Positions 57,023 through 64,000 of a stretch of 64,000 nt of DNA are shown here, piece after piece (the stretch's first letter is position 1; the number at the start of each line of letters is the position of its first letter). Position numbers and translations under genes: made by a program. The notes below the pieces were generated by a model. The model was given only the letters and a program-made list of their open reading frames with translations. It was not told where the DNA came from and made no database searches. This DNA is from Bifidobacterium breve (GTDB lineage: Bacteria > Actinomycetota > Acidimicrobiia > IMCC26256 > JAENVU01): assembly GCA_945865605.1 (NCBI GenBank), contig CAMBEL010000004.1, positions 396-64,395 on the forward strand. The letters run 5' to 3'.

Positions 57023-57071
57023 TCCTTCAGGGTAGCCAGCGACAGTGACCGACTCGCGGAGCGCGGACGGG

Positions 57072-57680
57072 TCATTCACGATTGCGCATGGCGAGCAACT
57101 CACATAGATCTTTCATCAACAAATTCGCCAGATCCAGACGCTCGCTCACATCCTCCACCCGCAGGACGGCCAAAGCATCCATCGGATTGACTGGCGACAA
57201 CTCGATTGCTCGCCAGCAAGCCTCAACTGGATCTGCGGGCAACTCCTGAGGCACACCCTCGAATCTCCCAGCTAGGAGGATCAAGTCCTGAAACGTTTGC
57301 TCTAGTACATCCCGTTTCTCACCGTCCCTAGGGAAAGACTCCCGTTCCAGCACGCGTGTCACGCTCGCCCACGGGTATGGAGCATCTTCCAACCACTCAT
57401 CGACACGCACGCGCCCCGCACCCACAACGACGAGTTGATACCTACCGTCGTCATATTGCGATGCCTCAACAATTCGGGCGACGGTACCAATATCGAAACG
57501 CGCATCACCGCCGCCCACTTCCGATCCTCGCTCGATAAGCACAACACCAAACTCAGAACTCACTGCGAGGCACTCCGTAACGAGGGTTCGGTAACGCTCC
57601 TCAAAGATGTGTAACTGCATCACTTGTCCAGGCACCAACACGTTCCCGAGAGGAAACATCGGCATCACATCTGCGGCCAT
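57072..57680 (-). CDS. LON N-terminal substrate-binding-domain protein
   Basis: 202 aa. The start MPMFPLGNVLVPGQVMQLHIFEERYRTLV is the canonical opening of stand-alone LON_substr_bdg proteins. Confidence 0.8.
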   Translation of the reverse strand: MAADVMPMFPLGNVLVPGQVMQLHIFEERYRTLVTECLAVSSEFGVVLIERGSEVGGGDARFDIGTVARIVEASQYDDGRYQLVVVGAGRVRVDEWLEDAPYPWASVTRVLERESFPRDGEKRDVLEQTFQDLILLAGRFEGVPQELPADPVEACWRAIELSPVNPMDALAVLRVEDVSERLDLANLLMKDLCELLAMRNRE

Positions 57681-57686
57681 GGTCGA

Positions 57687-58472
57687 TCAGTTCGCTCGCG
57701 CTCGAAACGAAACCGCTTGTGCTCGCACTTCTTCTGCAATATCACCGGAGAGAGAATCGGCGAGAGTGTCAAGGACTCCTGATGCCTCTGCGAAGGCTCC
57801 GGTTGAGCCGAGCACGAGAGCCGTGCGACGGCGTTCGGCAACGGGCAACTCGACGAAACCCAGTCGAAGGCGACATACCCACGCAGCGCCGCGGCCACTG
57901 GCATAGGACTGAGCGAGATTGTTGAGCATGCGCAGCAGAATCGCCCGGGTACCGGTGGGTACGAGATACGCGGACGACCAAGTGGCGTTCGGACCTTGAA
58001 GCGCTTCAAACCGTATGCGGCAACCGTCGGCGTCTATTTGCGCACCTCCGTAGAAAGGGTCTACGAACATTCCCGGTTCTTCATCTACACCGACCAGAAA
58101 GTGTCCAGGCATCCCAACGCCATGAAGTCGCACACCAAGTCTGCGAGCGACCTCGATCAACAACACGCTAAGCGTTATCGGAATACCAACACGACGATCG
58201 ATTACTTCGTTCAACATCGAGTTACGCGGGTCACCATAGGCCTCGATATTCCCGGCAAAGCCTTGGTCGACAAACAATGAGTGGACTACTCCACGTGCCG
58301 TCGCATCGTGTGCACACATTGCTGCTAGGTCATCTAAGCGATAAAGCCAGGAATCGACATCAAAATCAGGATATGCGTGCGCAGCAATCAGCAATGCCGC
58401 TTCATCTAGAGCTAGATCGTCTTCTTCAAGGTCGATCATCGCGAGGAACCGTTGAGTTGGTGACGTATCCAT
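57687..58472 (-). CDS. SirB1 / transglutaminase-like N-terminal plus TPR-like protein (UPF0162)
   Basis: 261 aa with DLALDEAALLIAAHAYPDFDV ... GFAGN ... YGDPRNSMLNEVIDRRVGIPITLSVL ... GMPGHFLV, the SirB1 family pattern. Confidence 0.72.
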   Translation of the reverse strand: MDTSPTQRFLAMIDLEEDDLALDEAALLIAAHAYPDFDVDSWLYRLDDLAAMCAHDATARGVVHSLFVDQGFAGNIEAYGDPRNSMLNEVIDRRVGIPITLSVLLIEVARRLGVRLHGVGMPGHFLVGVDEEPGMFVDPFYGGAQIDADGCRIRFEALQGPNATWSSAYLVPTGTRAILLRMLNNLAQSYASGRGAAWVCRLRLGFVELPVAERRRTALVLGSTGAFAEASGVLDTLADSLSGDIAEEVRAQAVSFRARAN

Positions 58473-58507
58473 AGGGGTGACGGTACCGCCATCGGTACAC
58501 TCCGAAC

Positions 58508-58957
58508 ATGGCGGCTACTTCAATCGACGAATGGTTGCACGAAGTTGTCAAAGACCGCCTTCACGCGACGGGCCAAAAGGTTACGGCCAACCGCGAGGCA
58601 TTGGTTGGGCTACTGAGCGCGGCGACGCGACCGCTGACTATCCCCGAGATCATTGACGCCCGGCCGACTATTGCGCAAAGTTCTGCATACCGGAACCTAG
58701 TTGTGCTCGAGGACGCTGGTTTGGTGCACCGCATAGTCACGAATGACGACTTCGCCCGCTACGAACTTGCCGAAGATCTAACCGGCCACCACCACCATCT
58801 CATTTGCTCGGTATGCGGAAGCGTTCAGGATGTCCCAGCGCCAGAAGGACTCGAACGCGCCGTTGGAGTGGCCACTAAAGCAATCGCTCGCAAGACAGGT
58901 TTTCGCGCGCAACATCACCGCATTGACCTCGTCGGTATTTGCCAAGGCTGCAACTGA
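58508..58957 (+). CDS. Fur-family metalloregulator (Zur/Fur type)
   Basis: 149 aa with a winged-helix N-terminus. Metal site HHHHLICSVCGSVQDV and the C-terminal CQGC pair. Confidence 0.82.
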   Translation: MAATSIDEWLHEVVKDRLHATGQKVTANREALVGLLSAATRPLTIPEIIDARPTIAQSSAYRNLVVLEDAGLVHRIVTNDDFARYELAEDLTGHHHHLICSVCGSVQDVPAPEGLERAVGVATKAIARKTGFRAQHHRIDLVGICQGCN

Positions 58958-58987
58958 ACGACCGATGGGTCTCAGCCATCGCGCGTA

Positions 58988-60727
58988 TCAACCGATAGGA
59001 ATGGTGACGCTCGCTTTCTGCGAATCGACCTCGCTTACAAGCGCGTTCACGGTTAGTTTCCAATCGCCTTCAAACGGGACCGTAAGGCCGCGCGAAATGT
59101 AGTGACCGACGCCTGCGCGCAGGAGCGCGACATCAAACGGCGCTATGTCTTTTTTTGGCAGAGACATTTCAGCCGACATCTCTTTGACATCTACGGGAAC
59201 ACCGTTATCGCTCAGCGCCGTCAGGTGTAGGTCGTTCTTACCTCGACTCGCCGGAGCGAGTGTGGTTTCAATCTCAATTGTCTCAGCAACCAAATTGGCA
59301 AAGAACGGCTCTGAAGACACCTTCTTCGGCGGCGGGGAATTCACAAGCAATGCTGTAACCACAAGCACCACGGCACTGATCGCTACTTCTGTCCACACAG
59401 AGGACCTGAGCCGACGCTGCGCCGTCGGTGCATCAAGTTCGTATCCATCGGGAAGTTCCTGATGCGGTTGACTCGCTCCGTCGCCATCGGTTGCAACCAG
59501 TAACAGCCATCGTCGATTTATAACGTCTCGGCTGACAGTTCCGACGAGCACGATTCCTAGAACCAGTATCACCTTCACAGAGAGAAGGCGGCCATAGTCC
59601 GTATCCACAAGGTCCGACACAGCGCCGACTTGTCGCAGCGCTTGGGCGAGTCCCGTGAAGATGATCGCAAGGATCGCAAACATCGCGACTCGTGAGAACC
59701 GTGGTGCAACAACTCCTAACGTGCGGTCATCGCGATTCGCGAGCGTGACGAGAAGCATCGCAAGACCACCCAGCCAAACACCGACCGCTCCCAAGTGGAT
59801 CGTGTCGAGCACTAGGGCAAGCGGCACCATGATTCCTGTCGATGCGTGCCCCGCGAGTCCAGGAGTCGCAAGGAGAAATACCCCTAATGCAAATGCCGAA
59901 GCTAGCCACCACTTCGGCATTTGTCGCGCCTCGTCCATCACATCTTTTCTAAAAAGAACGCGCAGCAACGGAACGGCAAGCAACAAAAGCACCGCACGCA
60001 CGAGCGTGGTCTCACCGAACCGCGTCGCAAATACGTCCGACCAAAGATTAGGGTCAGCAACACCGCCAAGGCCTGTTCCATCAACGTACGGGCCTTGAAG
60101 AACGTAACCAAACAAGGTCGACACAAGAGCGATTACCCACGCCGCCCACACAAGCCGACGCGCCCGACGATCGTCGCGTCCCGCGGCCCAAACACCGACG
60201 GCGAAAAATGTAGAACCGATCAAGAGCAGGATCCCGATGAACGTCGTGGCGCGCACAACTGCCACGATTATTCTGACATTCCTGTCTCCGCCTTCGGCAC
60301 TGAGGAGCCTGTTGGAAACCGATTCGGCTTCTGCATTTGATGCACTAGGCGCGCCGATCGAAAATGTAAACGAGCCCCGAATCGGATGCGAATCTGTGGA
60401 ACTGGCGCGCCACGTGACTATGTAGGTGCCACGTTCCATTTGCGGAAGGCTTGCTGCGAGCAACTCGGACTTAGCGGCGGGATGGTACGTCTTTCCAACA
60501 CCCGAAACACCCTGACCGCGATCATCCAAGACGCGGATGGCGTCACGCGCTGATTGAACCCCTTCGGTGAAACTGAGGGTCACGGTTTCCGGCGCGTCCT
60601 TCTCGGTAGTCCCAGGACCTGGATCGCTCGCGATTAGCTCGGAGTGTGCAGATGCCGGAGCTATCCAAAGGCCGGATAACAGCATTCCCAATGCAACCGC
60701 GCCGATTGCGCGTCGGGCGACGTTCAT
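58988..60727 (-). CDS. CopC-CopD fusion copper resistance/uptake protein (YcnJ-like)
   Basis: 579 aa. The signal peptide ends ...APASA, then HSELIASDP (CopC beta-sandwich with N-terminal His). About 8 TM segments of CopD type follow, plus a C-terminal extracytoplasmic domain. Confidence 0.82.
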   Translation of the reverse strand: MNVARRAIGAVALGMLLSGLWIAPASAHSELIASDPGPGTTEKDAPETVTLSFTEGVQSARDAIRVLDDRGQGVSGVGKTYHPAAKSELLAASLPQMERGTYIVTWRASSTDSHPIRGSFTFSIGAPSASNAEAESVSNRLLSAEGGDRNVRIIVAVVRATTFIGILLLIGSTFFAVGVWAAGRDDRRARRLVWAAWVIALVSTLFGYVLQGPYVDGTGLGGVADPNLWSDVFATRFGETTLVRAVLLLLAVPLLRVLFRKDVMDEARQMPKWWLASAFALGVFLLATPGLAGHASTGIMVPLALVLDTIHLGAVGVWLGGLAMLLVTLANRDDRTLGVVAPRFSRVAMFAILAIIFTGLAQALRQVGAVSDLVDTDYGRLLSVKVILVLGIVLVGTVSRDVINRRWLLLVATDGDGASQPHQELPDGYELDAPTAQRRLRSSVWTEVAISAVVLVVTALLVNSPPPKKVSSEPFFANLVAETIEIETTLAPASRGKNDLHLTALSDNGVPVDVKEMSAEMSLPKKDIAPFDVALLRAGVGHYISRGLTVPFEGDWKLTVNALVSEVDSQKASVTIPIG

Positions 60728-60790
60728 CGGGGCATCCTAAAAGATAAGTCGAGGGGCTAGTTCTTTCGCCACCGTTGGTCCCAATCTCAA

Positions 60791-61915
60791 ATGAATATCG
60801 ATGGATGCAGATGGCTAGCGTTTTGCAGTGTGAACTTCCTCGCGCGATCGGTCGTTGTTGCACGCAGCCACAGCATCGGGGGCGTCGCGAGTCTCGGCAT
60901 AGCAGGGACGATGCTCGTAGGAGCGTTACTCGTCACTACCACGTCACCGGCAGATGCACACGAAGTCGGAACCACGCAATCATCGAACTATGTAACGACT
61001 CTCGATGGAATCGAGCCTCTTGTGAGAGGACTAACTGCTCGCGTGGGGACAGACCAACGCATCGAGCTGCGAAACACAACCCGACACATTGTGGAGGTTA
61101 CCGGTTACCAGGGTGAGCAGTACTTGCGAATTGGAAGAAACGGCGTATGGGAAAACCGCCGGTCGCCTGCGGTATTTCTTAATCGCACTGCTACGCCTAC
61201 CGAAGTACCACCCGGAAGGTACGACGCCGAGGCGGACCCAGTTTGGAAGCAGATCTCGAATGGAAACGTGGCGCGCTGGCACGAGCATCGCGCTCATTGG
61301 ATGGCAAGGACACACACATCGGGAAAGAGCACAAACGTCCACAATGAACAAGTCCTCATAAGCAACTGGGAAATACCTCTCGAGTGGAACAGCACAGAAC
61401 TCAGCATCACCGGTGACACGTTGTGGGTAGAGGGACCATCGCCGTTGCCGTGGTTATTCGGCGCGATCGCTTTAGCGATTGCAGTCATCGCGGGTAGTCA
61501 CACGCGCGCATGGTCTGCGATCGCAGGTGGAGTATTAGGTCTACTAATCATCACCGAGATGCCCCACATTGGCGACTCTCTAATTGGGTCCACGGCTGCA
61601 ATCGGCTCCCGTGTAGCAGCAAGTGCTTATCCGATTACATCGATCGTCATCGCTGTGGTCACAATCGTCTGGATCGTTCGACGCGGGCTCCCCTCAGCCG
61701 CACCAGCCCTTTTGATCACAGGTCTCTTTATTGCCGTTACCGGTGGATTGGGTGAACTATCAACCCTGTCGAGTTCACAGCTAGCCACGACCCTTCCCTA
61801 TTGGTGGACTCGCATGGGCGTGATGTTCGCCATCGGACTGGGGAGCGGATGTTTGATCGCCTCTGCCTTACACTTGCGACAGTCCAATCCTGAGCCAACG
61901 CGCCAGACTGTGTGA
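60791..61915 (+). CDS. uncharacterised secreted-domain membrane protein (predicted mature N-terminal His)
   Basis: 374 aa. The signal-like segment ends TTSPADA, followed by HEVGT. An extracytoplasmic domain of about 190 aa is followed by about 5 TM segments. An in-frame GTG at 60830 is a plausible alternative start. Divergent from copCD; its stop abuts the HIT gene ATG. Confidence 0.6.
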   Translation: MNIDGCRWLAFCSVNFLARSVVVARSHSIGGVASLGIAGTMLVGALLVTTTSPADAHEVGTTQSSNYVTTLDGIEPLVRGLTARVGTDQRIELRNTTRHIVEVTGYQGEQYLRIGRNGVWENRRSPAVFLNRTATPTEVPPGRYDAEADPVWKQISNGNVARWHEHRAHWMARTHTSGKSTNVHNEQVLISNWEIPLEWNSTELSITGDTLWVEGPSPLPWLFGAIALAIAVIAGSHTRAWSAIAGGVLGLLIITEMPHIGDSLIGSTAAIGSRVAASAYPITSIVIAVVTIVWIVRRGLPSAAPALLITGLFIAVTGGLGELSTLSSSQLATTLPYWWTRMGVMFAIGLGSGCLIASALHLRQSNPEPTRQTV

Positions 61916-62317
61916 ATGTCAACAATCTTCACGCGAATAATCAATGGAGAGTTGCCGGGTCGCTTCGTGTGGACCGACGAGGTCTGCGTTGCCTTCCTCT
62001 CGATCAATCCACTAGCGACCGGTCACGCCCTCGTAGTCCCCCGCGCCGAAGTTGATCACTGGATCGACCTTGATCCAGACACCAACGCGCACTTGATGCG
62101 AGTCGCACAATCCATCGGCGCTGCGCAACAACAAGTATTTAATCCGGGCCGGATCGGATTGATAATCGCAGGCCTCGAGGTTCCACATGTGCACTTACAT
62201 GTGGTTCCGATCAACGGGATGAACGACCTCGACTTCGCGAACGCCGATCTAGATCCCGATGCAGCGGTACTCGACGCCGCAGCCGATGCCCTGCGCACCG
62301 CGCTGGGGTCTCCCTAG
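61916..62317 (+). CDS. HIT-family (histidine triad) nucleotide hydrolase
   Basis: 133 aa with the N-terminal IFTRIINGELP, ATGHALVVP and the triad HVHLHVVP. Confidence 0.88.
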   Translation: MSTIFTRIINGELPGRFVWTDEVCVAFLSINPLATGHALVVPRAEVDHWIDLDPDTNAHLMRVAQSIGAAQQQVFNPGRIGLIIAGLEVPHVHLHVVPINGMNDLDFANADLDPDAAVLDAAADALRTALGSP

Positions 62318-62333
62318 TCTGTTCGGATGCTGA

Positions 62334-63200
62334 TCAGTTGCAGGTCAGGGCTTTCCTTAGGGCTTGCAAATTCTTCTTCATCACGCTGATGTAGTTCGCT
62401 CCTGCGGTTCGTTGCGTTTCGCTAAGACTTTCGAGTGGGTCGAGCACCGCGGTTAGCAATCCCCCTGCTTCCTTTGCCAATGTACGGGCGACCTTCGGCG
62501 AAACGAGTGTCTCTGTAAACACGGTCGTGACGCCATCGCGTTCCGCAAGGTCTGCCAGTTCCGCTAACCGCTTTGGGTCGGGCTCCTGGTCCGGAGAGAT
62601 GCCGGCAATCGGTTCCGCTACGAGGTCGTAGCGCCGCGCAAGGCGTCCGAATGCGTCATGCGCTGTGACTATCGTTCGCCGTACGCACGTTGCGAGTCCC
62701 TGCGTGTATTCGCGATCAAGTGCATCTAGTTGTTCCCGATACACGCCTGCGTTGCGCGCGTAGCGGCGAGCGTTGTCTGAATCAACACCGATCAGCGCGT
62801 ACTCAACCCGATCGACGATGCGGACCATCTCGTGCGGGTCCAACCAAATATGAGGGTCATCGCTCGCACTCCCAACTGTCAACGTCTCACCGCTGCGCGC
62901 ACGGGCGGCAGTTTCAACCGCAGGCTGAAAACCGCCGCCAAGTACAACCACGAGGTCAGCATCCTCAGTGCGATCACGTTCCTTCGTCGTCATTTCAAGG
63001 TCATGGGGTTCTGCACCAGCCGGAGTTAGATCGTCGACCTGCACACGATTCCCACCGACTTGCCGGGCTGCCTCTGCCAGTGGATAGAAACCAGCTACTA
63101 CCCGAACGCGGTCAGACCCTGTGCTCTCGGAAGCGCCCCCGCAGCCCACTAATGCCCAACAAAACACTGCTAAACAACTCCAGATCCGAACCGTGTCCAC
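62334..63200 (-). CDS. metal ABC transporter substrate-binding lipoprotein (ZnuA/TroA cluster 9)
   Basis: 288 aa with lipobox ALVGCGG. Blocks EPHDLE, DPHIWLDP and AFGRLARRY are typical of Zn/Mn SBPs. Confidence 0.82.
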   Translation of the reverse strand: MDTVRIWSCLAVFCWALVGCGGASESTGSDRVRVVAGFYPLAEAARQVGGNRVQVDDLTPAGAEPHDLEMTTKERDRTEDADLVVVLGGGFQPAVETAARARSGETLTVGSASDDPHIWLDPHEMVRIVDRVEYALIGVDSDNARRYARNAGVYREQLDALDREYTQGLATCVRRTIVTAHDAFGRLARRYDLVAEPIAGISPDQEPDPKRLAELADLAERDGVTTVFTETLVSPKVARTLAKEAGGLLTAVLDPLESLSETQRTAGANYISVMKKNLQALRKALTCN

Positions 63201-63220
63201 GGCTCCACTCTAATCGGAAA

Positions 63221-63235
63221 TGGGAACGATTCCCA
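63221..63235. promoter_or_regulatory. 6-3-6 inverted repeat in the divergent znuA / znuC promoter region
   Basis: TGGGAA-cga-TTCCCA is centred in the 50-bp gap between the two divergent transporter genes. Confidence 0.4.
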
Positions 63236-63250
63236 ACTAGGATTCCTGCC

Positions 63251-63997
63251 GTGACCGCAGTCCTAACCGCCGATGCCGTTTCGTTCTCCTACGGTCGAGA
63301 GCCCGCGATCGACTCCGTAAGCCTGTCGATAGAACCGGGCGAGTTCGTCGCGCTCGTTGGACCCAATGGTTCCGGCAAGACGACTCTGCTGCGAGTTCTA
63401 CTCGGGCTCGTTCGCCCACAGCGCGGAACCGTCACAGTGCTAGGCGAAGACCCGCGAGAACTCCGCGACAGGGGCCGCGTTGGCTACGTTCCACAACGGC
63501 ACAGGTTGGACCCGGAACTTCCGGTGACCGTCGCCGAGCTAGTTGCGACTGGGCGACTCGCGCGGCGCGGTTGGTGGCGGCGATTCAACACCGAAGACCA
63601 CGAGGCAATCGACCACGCAATCGATGCAGTTGCACTGTCCGGCGTGCGCAAGCGTCCAGTAGCCGAACTCTCCGGTGGACAACAGCAGCGAGTCATGATC
63701 GCTCGCGCACTCGCGAGTAATCCCGATCTTCTTGTTCTCGACGAACCTGTAGCGGGAGTCGATGCGGAATCACAGCGACTGGTCCGCGACTCGCTCGGAC
63801 ACATCGTGCGCGAGCTCGCGGCGGCGGTGCTGTTGGTAAGCCACGAACTAGGTGCCGTGGCAGACGACCTCGACCGTGTCATCGTCCTCAAGCGATCCGT
63901 GCTCTTTGACGGCCCCCCCGACGAACTCGCTGCGCGCGGGGTGAGCCTCGGTATCCACGCATCGGATCTTCCGCTGTGGCTCGAGGATCTCGGCTGA
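63251..63997 (+). CDS. metal ABC transporter ATP-binding protein (ZnuC-like)
   Basis: Walker A GPNGSGKTTLL, signature LSGGQQQRV and Walker B LLVLDEP. GTG at 63251 is preferred; the upstream 560 nt of the track ORF are antisense to znuA. Its TGA overlaps an ATG (63997) that opens the next gene, probably the permease, which is cut by the window end. Confidence 0.85.
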   Translation: MTAVLTADAVSFSYGREPAIDSVSLSIEPGEFVALVGPNGSGKTTLLRVLLGLVRPQRGTVTVLGEDPRELRDRGRVGYVPQRHRLDPELPVTVAELVATGRLARRGWWRRFNTEDHEAIDHAIDAVALSGVRKRPVAELSGGQQQRVMIARALASNPDLLVLDEPVAGVDAESQRLVRDSLGHIVRELAAAVLLVSHELGAVADDLDRVIVLKRSVLFDGPPDELAARGVSLGIHASDLPLWLEDLG

Positions 63998-64000
63998 TGG

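Noticed and set aside
56795-57103. Small acidic ORF ending ...LAEIEAAIERIDGGTTPS, read as a truncated TraR/DksA-type zinc-finger protein (pseudogene)
   Set aside because: The resemblance is from memory of the helix preceding the C4 finger. No convincing CxxC remnants occur downstream in any frame, so a pseudogene call cannot be supported.
62690-63250. 5-prime 187 codons of the 435-aa track ORF containing znuC
   Set aside because: This stretch is antisense to the znuA-like lipoprotein gene. ABC ATPase homology starts only after the in-frame GTG at 63251.

Overview
Both strands were read by eye. All family calls rest on recognised motifs, not database searches. The window looks like core chromosome from a moderately high-GC Actinomycetota-type genome. 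The pointers to that lineage are MshA for mycothiol, a rex-hem operon, and a BldC-like gene next to proC. Respiration dominates the content. On the minus strand a complete 14-gene nuoA-N operon (14905..30257) is followed 114 bp later by a second, 11-gene nuo operon that lacks nuoE/F/G (4679..14790). A MidA/NDUFAF7-type methyltransferase gene sits 14 nt behind its nuoN, then acs. Upstream of the 14-gene operon lie a GT4 glycosyltransferase and a geranylgeranyl-reductase-family flavoprotein. Divergent from these is an 8-gene plus-strand cluster (33016..38978). It encodes a b6-type Rieske/cytochrome b complex: split cytochrome b carrying the heme-ci cysteine, subunit IV, Rieske protein and dihaem cytochrome c. 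The cluster also encodes its own 2[4Fe-4S] ferredoxin and three uncharacterised membrane proteins. Convergent to it is rex-sirC-hemA-hemC-cobA/hemD-hemB-hemL, with a good Rex operator upstream of rex. The right third holds housekeeping genes: fadD-like, a CAP-domain protein, a DUF62 SAM hydrolase, the BldC-like gene, proC, mshA, moaD, MaoC, a Fur-family regulator, CopC/CopD, HIT and znuA/znuC. One tRNA-Tyr is present. I found no CRISPR array, transposase or prophage. The most interesting items are the EFG-less nuo operon linked to MidA, where NuoD1 keeps the Arg that NuoD2 has replaced by Thr, and the ferredoxin-containing b6-type bc cluster. Also of interest are a pair of inverted palindromic elements with flanking C/G tracts, a 53-bp tandem duplication between nuoC2 and nuoD2, and an RsiG-like coiled-coil protein.
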